This document shows, one piece after another, positions 8,334 through 14,129 of a stretch of 18,630 nt of DNA. The first letter of the stretch is position 1, and each line of letters starts with the position of its first letter. The notes below the pieces were generated by a model. The model saw only the letters and a list, made by a program, of their open reading frames with translations. It ran no database searches and had not been told where the DNA came from. The stretch comes from a bacterium (GTDB lineage Bacteria > Hydrothermota > 32-111), in the NCBI GenBank assembly GCA_046484245.1, contig JAWOBN010000105.1, positions 1 through 18,630 of the forward strand. Reading direction: 5' to 3'. The translations under genes and the position numbers were made by a program.

Positions 8334-8699
8334 ATGTACAATAAGAAAGTAATGGATTATTTCACCAATCCGAGAAATGCGGGGAAGATGGAGAGTCCTG
8401 ACGGAGTGGGAAGAGCCGGAAACAGTGTGGACGGTGATGAGATGATCCTCTATCTGAAGATCAGGGATAACAGGATTACGGAAGCAACATTTCAGACATA
8501 CGGTTGTGCAGCAGCCATTGCATCATCCTCAATGACAACAGAACTCCTCAAGAACAGGACACTGGAGGAAGCACTCTCACTCAAAAATGATGAGGTTGTT
8601 GAAGCACTCGGCGGTCTTCCCCCGAAGAAGGCTGAATGCTCTGTTCTTGCAGAAGATGCAATACGGAGAGCTGTTGAGGACTACAGGAGAAGGTCATGA
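8334..8699 (+). CDS. iscU: Fe-S cluster scaffold IscU/NifU-N family protein with atypical ligands
   Basis: YF.NPRNAG, FQTYGCAAAIASSS, ALGGLPPKK..CS.LA motifs; directly follows the desulfurase. The first conserved Cys is replaced by Asp. Confidence 0.9.
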   Translation: MYNKKVMDYFTNPRNAGKMESPDGVGRAGNSVDGDEMILYLKIRDNRITEATFQTYGCAAAIASSSMTTELLKNRTLEEALSLKNDEVVEALGGLPPKKAECSVLAEDAIRRAVEDYRRRS

Positions 8700-9430
8700 A
8701 GGAATTTGATGAACTGTATGAGGTGATGAAGGTATTGAGAAAAAAATGCCCATGGGACAGGGAACAGACACACAGCAGTCTGAGGAAGTATGCAGTTGAA
8801 GAGGCATATGAACTCGTGGAGGCAATAGAGGACAATAACAGCAGCAGTATTATGGATGAACTTGCTGATATGCTCACCCAGGTGCTTCTCCATACTGCCA
8901 TTGCAGAGGATAATGATGAGTTCACCATGACGGAGCTTCTGGATTATCACAGGCAGAAACTTGAGAGGAGGCATCCCCATGTCTTCGGGGAAGCAAAAGC
9001 TGACACATCCCGGGATGTGCTTAATAACTGGGTCAGTATAAAGAAAGAGGAAAGCGGGGTTGAGAGTATAATGGACAATATACCGAAACTCCCGGCACTG
9101 CTTCTTGCTGCAAAAGTCCAGAAGAAGGCATCAGTACGGGGATTTGACTGGCATTCTGTTACAGGGGTATATGAGAAAATTGAAGAGGAATTATCGGAAT
9201 TCAGGGATGCCCGTACTATTGATCAGAAGGAGGAGGAATTAGGGGACATACTCTTTGCAGTATCGCATCTGGGGAATTTTGAGGGTATTGACCCGGAGAC
9301 AGCACTTCTGAGAACAATAAAGAAATTCATTGACAGATTCAAGAATATTGAAACAGCCCAGAAAGATAATCCATCTCTATCATTGAATGAAATGGAAGAG
9401 ATATGGAATCAGTCAAAGGACAGTGAATAA
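8696..9430 (+). CDS. mazG: Nucleoside triphosphate pyrophosphohydrolase MazG (two-domain)
   Basis: LR..CPWDREQTH.SL, EEAYE, ELAD, KLERRHPHVFG, GFDW, EELGDILF motifs. ATGA overlap with iscU. Confidence 0.93.
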   Translation: MKEFDELYEVMKVLRKKCPWDREQTHSSLRKYAVEEAYELVEAIEDNNSSSIMDELADMLTQVLLHTAIAEDNDEFTMTELLDYHRQKLERRHPHVFGEAKADTSRDVLNNWVSIKKEESGVESIMDNIPKLPALLLAAKVQKKASVRGFDWHSVTGVYEKIEEELSEFRDARTIDQKEEELGDILFAVSHLGNFEGIDPETALLRTIKKFIDRFKNIETAQKDNPSLSLNEMEEIWNQSKDSE

Positions 9431-9433
9431 GAA

Positions 9434-10126
9434 TTACTGTTCAGTTGACCTCTCTTCAGGGTTCATCTTTTTATCGGGATCCAGTCCCAGTTTAGCCATG
9501 ATATTATCAAGGTCAGCCTTTGTTTCATAACCATTTGTTGACCTGTGAACCATGTCTATCTTGAGGCCGCGCTTCATGTGCTTGAAGAAATCATCAGCTG
9601 AGAGTTTCAGTTCAGTGACTCCTTTGGATTCCATTATGTCTATCTGTATCTTATGTTTTTCAAGAATCCTCATGAGGGGAAGATCACCATACTGATGCAC
9701 ATGCCTGTATTGGGAAGTGTCTTCCTTTTCAACATTTTCACGTGTTGTGCTTTCAAGGTCACTCCCATTATCAAATACAGAGAAGAAGCTGACATACGGT
9801 TTATCGGACAATCCGAGATACTTCTGGAGGGGATTGGGCAGTCTTTGAGAGACAACTGCATAAATATTATCCTCCTCAAGCAGGTAACCCCTGTGGAAAT
9901 TTGAATAGGCCATTTCAGTAATAGAAAAATCACCTATCTTTGTACTGCCCAGTTCCTTCAATTCCTTTTCTTTTGAAAGGAAGAATGAGGTATTGATTGC
10001 AGGCATGGGCGGGTCTTTTTTAATGTCGGCGATTTCAGGCACATTGTACATATCATTTTTCTTGTACATGACATAGATGTAGCCGACAATTATAATGATG
10101 GCTATCAGAAGAATGAACAATAACAT
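9434..10126 (-). CDS. Hypothetical protein with an N-terminal membrane anchor
   Basis: 230-aa ORF, SD AAGGAG, N-terminal hydrophobic helix; converges on mazG. No family recognised. Confidence 0.75.
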   Translation of the reverse strand: MLLFILLIAIIIIVGYIYVMYKKNDMYNVPEIADIKKDPPMPAINTSFFLSKEKELKELGSTKIGDFSITEMAYSNFHRGYLLEEDNIYAVVSQRLPNPLQKYLGLSDKPYVSFFSVFDNGSDLESTTRENVEKEDTSQYRHVHQYGDLPLMRILEKHKIQIDIMESKGVTELKLSADDFFKHMKRGLKIDMVHRSTNGYETKADLDNIMAKLGLDPDKKMNPEERSTEQ

Positions 10127-10143
10127 AAAGACACTCCTTTTTG

Positions 10144-10168
10144 AACCGGGAGAAAAAATCTCCCGGTT
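10144..10168. terminator. Intercistronic GC-rich hairpin (terminator or mRNA-stabilising element)
   Basis: Perfect 10-bp stem AACCGGGAGA / TCTCCCGGTT with a 5-nt loop, between the 398-aa and 230-aa genes. Confidence 0.6.
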
Positions 10169-10186
10169 GCTTATTTATCTCTATTA

Positions 10187-11383
10187 TCAGTTATCTTCTT
10201 CAGTATTACTGTCGTCTTCTTCTGTGGTTTCCTCTTTATTTTCTGTCTCATCTTCTTCAGTATCCGTCTCATCTTCGTCTTCAAAATCATTGTCCAGTTC
10301 ATCAAATTCCTCTTCATTCTCTTCAAGGAGATTAACATCATCCTTTATCTTGACAAGATTGACATAAATCATTGTCTGTCCTGCTGTCCATGAAGTAATG
10401 AAATAGGATACAATTGTGAATCCTATGACATAAAATAGCAGTCCAAGCAGAACACTGACAATATTTATTGCCCAGTTGCCTGTATGGAAATTATATATAT
10501 TAAGCCAGAAAGGTGTTATATTGAGTGCGAATTTCTCAAAGACCGCATAACCTGGCACTGGAGGCAGGAAGTGGAATGCATTGGTCCATATCTTGAGCCA
10601 TGAACCGCCATTCCAGAAAGAAAGAGCCCATCTTGTCAATTCAAGCGTGTACCTGAGTATGGAACCGAGGACATATGTGCCCAGTGAACTCATTATAAAT
10701 ACAAGACCTGACCAGATAACAAGGCGCCACGGCTGGTCCCATACAATGGAGAATGTCTCAAAGAGTGTATCAAATGTGTCTGATTTGGAAGTGCCGGCAA
10801 TAACAGGTGACACAAAGAGTGAGACAAAGAACACAATCATGAGATATACTGTGAACAATGCTCCGAACAGTATGGGGATGAGAAAGACAATGAGGAAGAG
10901 GGGACCGAAATACGGTATTCTTCCTATGAGTCCGAATATGAATGCTCCCAGTATCATAATAGCAATAAGGATTATCAATGTGACAGGTGCCAGGAAAGCA
11001 CTTTTCCAGAATTTGAAAGAGTATTTTGTTGCTTCCTTCATCTCATAGAATTCATTACCCTTGAGTTGTTCAAATGTTATTTTTGAAACAGCTGTCTGTC
11101 CGAAAATAAAGGTAATGAAAAATATGATTGCACCCAGATACCATATCAGCCATGAGTACCAGTTGAGTACTGTAACACCGAAAACCGGCAGAGGGAACAA
11201 TTTATAGGTATTCCAGATATCTGCAATACTGATGCCTGATGTCATATATGCTATGTATGCAATAATGAAGTAAAGCACAAAGCCTGTGATAAGTGACATG
11301 AGCATCACAAATATTTTCTTCAGAGACAAGCCGAGTCTTGTTGCCCTGAAGAGATCTTTGAAATTATAATGGAGTTCTATCAT
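10187..11383 (-). CDS. Hypothetical polytopic membrane protein with a highly acidic C-terminal tail
   Basis: 398-aa ORF, SD AGGAGG, roughly 6-7 hydrophobic segments, and a D/E-rich tail of about 45 aa. Confidence 0.8.
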   Translation of the reverse strand: MIELHYNFKDLFRATRLGLSLKKIFVMLMSLITGFVLYFIIAYIAYMTSGISIADIWNTYKLFPLPVFGVTVLNWYSWLIWYLGAIIFFITFIFGQTAVSKITFEQLKGNEFYEMKEATKYSFKFWKSAFLAPVTLIILIAIMILGAFIFGLIGRIPYFGPLFLIVFLIPILFGALFTVYLMIVFFVSLFVSPVIAGTSKSDTFDTLFETFSIVWDQPWRLVIWSGLVFIMSSLGTYVLGSILRYTLELTRWALSFWNGGSWLKIWTNAFHFLPPVPGYAVFEKFALNITPFWLNIYNFHTGNWAINIVSVLLGLLFYVIGFTIVSYFITSWTAGQTMIYVNLVKIKDDVNLLEENEEEFDELDNDFEDEDETDTEEDETENKEETTEEDDSNTEEDN

Positions 11384-11416
11384 ACATCCTCCTGTTTTAA
11401 TGAATCGTTTATTAAT

Positions 11417-11545
11417 TTATTTCAAATATTTGAGAACTATAATCAACACAAGTGCAAATATAACAATAAATTTAATTAATTGACCCTTGAATGAATAAGT
11501 ATATTTATCCCTCTTTGTTATACGAAAATCATTAAAATATTTCAT
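11417..11545 (-). CDS. Small (42-aa) protein with a C-terminal membrane helix, not in the ORF track
   Basis: Manual translation MKYFNDFRITKRDKYTYSFKGQLIKFIVIFALVLIIVLKYLK*. It fills the intergenic gap, and a near-consensus promoter sits 7 nt before its ATG. Confidence 0.65.
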   Translation of the reverse strand: MKYFNDFRITKRDKYTYSFKGQLIKFIVIFALVLIIVLKYLK

Positions 11546-11552
11546 ATATTTA

Positions 11553-11580
11553 ATTTTATACCTAATTTAATTTATGTCAA
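11553..11580 (-). promoter_or_regulatory. Sigma70-type promoter, probably leaderless, for the 42-aa gene and possibly the downstream membrane-protein genes
   Basis: TTGACA (11580-11575), 16 nt, TAAAAT (11558-11553), 7 nt, then ATG 11545. Confidence 0.65.
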
Positions 11581-11583
11581 GAA

Positions 11584-12198
11584 TTAATACATATCAAAAA
11601 TAAAAAAAAGTCTCGGATTGTAAAACAGTTCATTGAGCTGCTTGCCTGTCCTGCATTCAATTGAATACGAAAGATAGGTCTTGGTGTTCTGTCTTATGCC
11701 TATATACATCGGTTCTTTTTTGAGGATCTCAAAATGCAGGTGATTGAGGTATTCGCCCCAGACATCCAGATGGGGCTTGTCAATGAAGCTTGCAATAACG
11801 GATCTGTGTGAAACACTGTCACCCGGGCTGACGACAATATCCGTGATATGAGTGTAAGTGGAGTAAATATATCCGCCATTGTGCCTGTGCCGGATTATTA
11901 CGGATGATGATGAGCCATTGTTGAGTACTGAGACAACCCTTCCGCTGCTGCAGCTGAACACAGGCTCTATTTCACCGGGTCTTGAACCGGGATTCTTGAA
12001 ATCAATACCTGAGTGGAAATGCCCCGGAATATTATTGTAGGGTTTTCGCCATATGCCGTATTCACCCGAGGGTGTTATATATCTGTCCTTCAGAACACGT
12101 CTGTCTGATGCCCTGAACGGCAGATAGAACATGTCTGCTGTCAGTATAAGAACAGTCAGTGATGATATTAATAGAATTAGAACTTTTATTTTATTCAT
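11584..12198 (-). CDS. Secreted M23 family metallopeptidase
   Basis: Signal peptide; zinc motifs HxxxD (HSGID) and HxH (HLHFEI); VIIRH...YSTYTHI...VSPGDSV. Confidence 0.88.
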   Translation of the reverse strand: MNKIKVLILLISSLTVLILTADMFYLPFRASDRRVLKDRYITPSGEYGIWRKPYNNIPGHFHSGIDFKNPGSRPGEIEPVFSCSSGRVVSVLNNGSSSSVIIRHRHNGGYIYSTYTHITDIVVSPGDSVSHRSVIASFIDKPHLDVWGEYLNHLHFEILKKEPMYIGIRQNTKTYLSYSIECRTGKQLNELFYNPRLFFIFDMY

Positions 12199-12249
12199 TT
12201 TGATATATAATTATACAAATAATTTAAATTTAATCAACAGAGGTTATAT

Positions 12250-13347
12250 ATGAAGACCATTATGATACTCTCCACTGCCAGGTCGGATTTCTCTCATCTC
12301 AATCTCATTATCAGGGAATTGAGACAGTCTCGGGAATTCAATGTGGTATTTACTGCTGCAGGTTCTCACTTTGATGTTTCCCGCGGATCTTCCATAGGGG
12401 AAATAGAGGAGAGCGGAATAACTGTTGATTATACTTCAGAGTGCAGGATTCAATGGCGGGACCCTGAAACTTTAAGCAGCAGCCTGACCTGTCTGCAGCA
12501 GGAATTGACAGAATTCATCAAAGAATCCGGCACTGATTACATAATGGTCCTGGGGGACAGGATTGAACTTGCATCAGTGCTTATCCCTGTCCTCATATCA
12601 GATGTCAGACTGATACATATATCCGGTGGTGAAGAGACAGGATGCATTGACGATACAGTAAGGAATCTGCTCTCCCTTACAGCAGACATTAATTTCACAA
12701 GCGGGGAATTGTTCAGCAGCAATCTCATCAGAATGAAAGGCAGCAGCACGAATATTTATAATGCAGGAGACCCTGCACTTGAAAACATAGACAGCATGGA
12801 CATAAGACCCCCGGATGAGATTAACAGGGAGTATGGTTTTGAACTGGAAGAGCAAATGTATGTTCTGTTCACATTCCATCCGGAAACAGATACGGATATG
12901 CCTGTTGAAAAACAGACTGAAGGAGCACTTGAATTTCTCAGTACTACTGACAGAAGTGTTCTGTGCACTGCCCCCAATTCTGATATTGGCGGAGACTATA
13001 TACTGGACAGTATCAGAGCAATCTCAAGGAATAGGGATAATATATATCTTTGTCCCCATCTGGGGTATATCAATTATATATCACTGCTTGCCTCAGCAGG
13101 TTCAGGAATGGGTAATTCATCGTCCCTGGTTATTGAAGCTCCTTATCTGGGAACCCCCTCCGTGCTCATAGGAGACAGGCAGAAGGGAAGACCACTTGCA
13201 GACTCTGTCTTTCAGTCAGGGTACAGTGCCCGGGATATTGAAAAAGCATTAATTTCAGCTACTGGGTTCAGGGGTGATGTCAAACTGCATTATGAGAGGA
13301 AGGATACTGCAAGGATTATCAGAGAGACACTTGAAAAAATTATTTGA
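12250..13347 (+). CDS. neuC: UDP-N-acetylglucosamine 2-epimerase, hydrolysing (NeuC/SiaA-like)
   Basis: VLGDR.E, HISGGE.TG.IDD..R, TFHPET, PNSD.GG, GNSSS...EAP, IGDRQKGR motifs. SD GAGG. Confidence 0.8.
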   Translation: MKTIMILSTARSDFSHLNLIIRELRQSREFNVVFTAAGSHFDVSRGSSIGEIEESGITVDYTSECRIQWRDPETLSSSLTCLQQELTEFIKESGTDYIMVLGDRIELASVLIPVLISDVRLIHISGGEETGCIDDTVRNLLSLTADINFTSGELFSSNLIRMKGSSTNIYNAGDPALENIDSMDIRPPDEINREYGFELEEQMYVLFTFHPETDTDMPVEKQTEGALEFLSTTDRSVLCTAPNSDIGGDYILDSIRAISRNRDNIYLCPHLGYINYISLLASAGSGMGNSSSLVIEAPYLGTPSVLIGDRQKGRPLADSVFQSGYSARDIEKALISATGFRGDVKLHYERKDTARIIRETLEKII

Positions 13348-13759
13348 TAATATTGTGGTATCTCAGTTTTGATTCAGTTATTCTCAGGGGTTTATAAGAT
13401 TCACTCTTCATGACAATTTCCCTGTTTTTATCAAGAACAATATATGCCGGCAGATGTAAAAGATTGAATGAATCAATCAGTGATGGCTGTTTCCCGGAAT
13501 CTATTTTCTCAATATTCAGATGGTCCGGATATTTAAGGGCTAATGAGTCAAAGACACTATCCATGCGTGCCGAATAAATGCTGTTATCAAGAATCAGCAG
13601 TATAAGGCAGTCCTGCAGCAAAGTGTCTCCTTCAGCTGCTGCAGTCGTCCGGGCAGAATGAGCCCCGGCATTCTCATTATTATCTGCCGGTTGGCTATTG
13701 CAGTAGAACAGCAAGAAAGAAACAGAAACAATAATTATGATTGCACCAAACTTTTTCAT
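13340..13759 (-). CDS. Exported or lipoprotein thioredoxin-fold protein lacking CxxC
   Basis: Start moved to ATG 13759 (MKKFGAII...LLFY-C). The pattern NSIYSARM...LALKYP...IEKID...LIDSFNL..LPAYIVLD follows the Trx fold. The 3' end overlaps the neuC-like gene by 8 nt. Confidence 0.7.
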   Translation of the reverse strand: MKKFGAIIIIVSVSFLLFYCNSQPADNNENAGAHSARTTAAAEGDTLLQDCLILLILDNSIYSARMDSVFDSLALKYPDHLNIEKIDSGKQPSLIDSFNLLHLPAYIVLDKNREIVMKSESYKPLRITESKLRYHNIIK

Positions 13760-13766
13760 AGAAATT

Positions 13767-13794
13767 ATATTAATGAATTTTAACATTATGTCAA
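13767..13794 (-). promoter_or_regulatory. Sigma70-type promoter, probably leaderless, for the Trx-fold gene
   Basis: TTGACA (13794-13789), 16 nt, TAATAT (13772-13767; overlapping TATAAT at 13769-13764), then ATG 13759 with no SD. Confidence 0.55.
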
Positions 13795-13855
13795 TAAAAA
13801 CATTATTCCTCAAAATTAAAGTACTTGAAAGACATATGTTGCCTCATAAAAGATA

Positions 13856-13940
13856 TGAGGCGAGGACAGTTCTCAGAAAGCGCCTTTGCCAACCCGTGCA
13901 TAACCGGTAATTCGGTGCTGATGAGAATGTCTGAGCCTCA
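13856..13940 (+). ncRNA. Candidate structured RNA (three-way junction), family not identified
   Basis: Nested stems TGAGGC/GCCTCA, GACA/TGTC, TTCTCA/TGAGAA, GCGC/GTGC and ACCGG/TCGGT. GC-rich island in an AT-rich spacer. G-U pairs favour the + strand. Confidence 0.45.
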
Positions 13941-14094
13941 CAGTCATCACATCAATCACTATGCTCAATGCTTTTTTATTAAGAAAACAAACATTACATA
14001 ATAATTATATTCAGTGACTTTTTCTTATGAGGAAAGACGTAAAAACATCAATGATCAAAGACAGGTATATTGAAATACAGAAGAAGGTTCGTCC

Positions 14095-14123
14095 TTGATT
14101 AAATTGTTTCTATATTGTAAAAT
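14095..14123 (+). promoter_or_regulatory. Sigma70-type promoter, probably leaderless, for the GIDE-lemA operon
   Basis: TTGATT (14095-14100), 17 nt, TAAAAT (14118-14123), 6 nt, then ATG 14130. No SD. Confidence 0.6.
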
Positions 14124-14129
14124 ACAACA

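Noticed and set aside
8696..9430. mazG as part of an anti-phage or toxin-antitoxin system
   Set aside because: It is the ordinary two-domain housekeeping type, and no mazEF, nuclease or other defence gene is adjacent.
10095..10367. Ser-rich 90-aa + strand ORF
   Set aside because: It is the antisense reading of the GAA/GAT-rich acidic tail; the low complexity explains the open frame.
13870..13927. Firm call as canonical hammerhead, fluoride, SAM-I or c-di-AMP riboswitch
   Set aside because: Each consensus is only partly matched (insertions in the hammerhead core, no GGYGAUG start for fluoride, no AUC/GAU P1 for SAM-I). Kept only as an unidentified structured RNA.
647..13942. Shared 11-mer TGTGAGGCTCA at 647-657 (+) and 13932-13942 (-)
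   Set aside because: An 11-nt match is plausible by chance in a window this size, and the flanks do not align convincingly.
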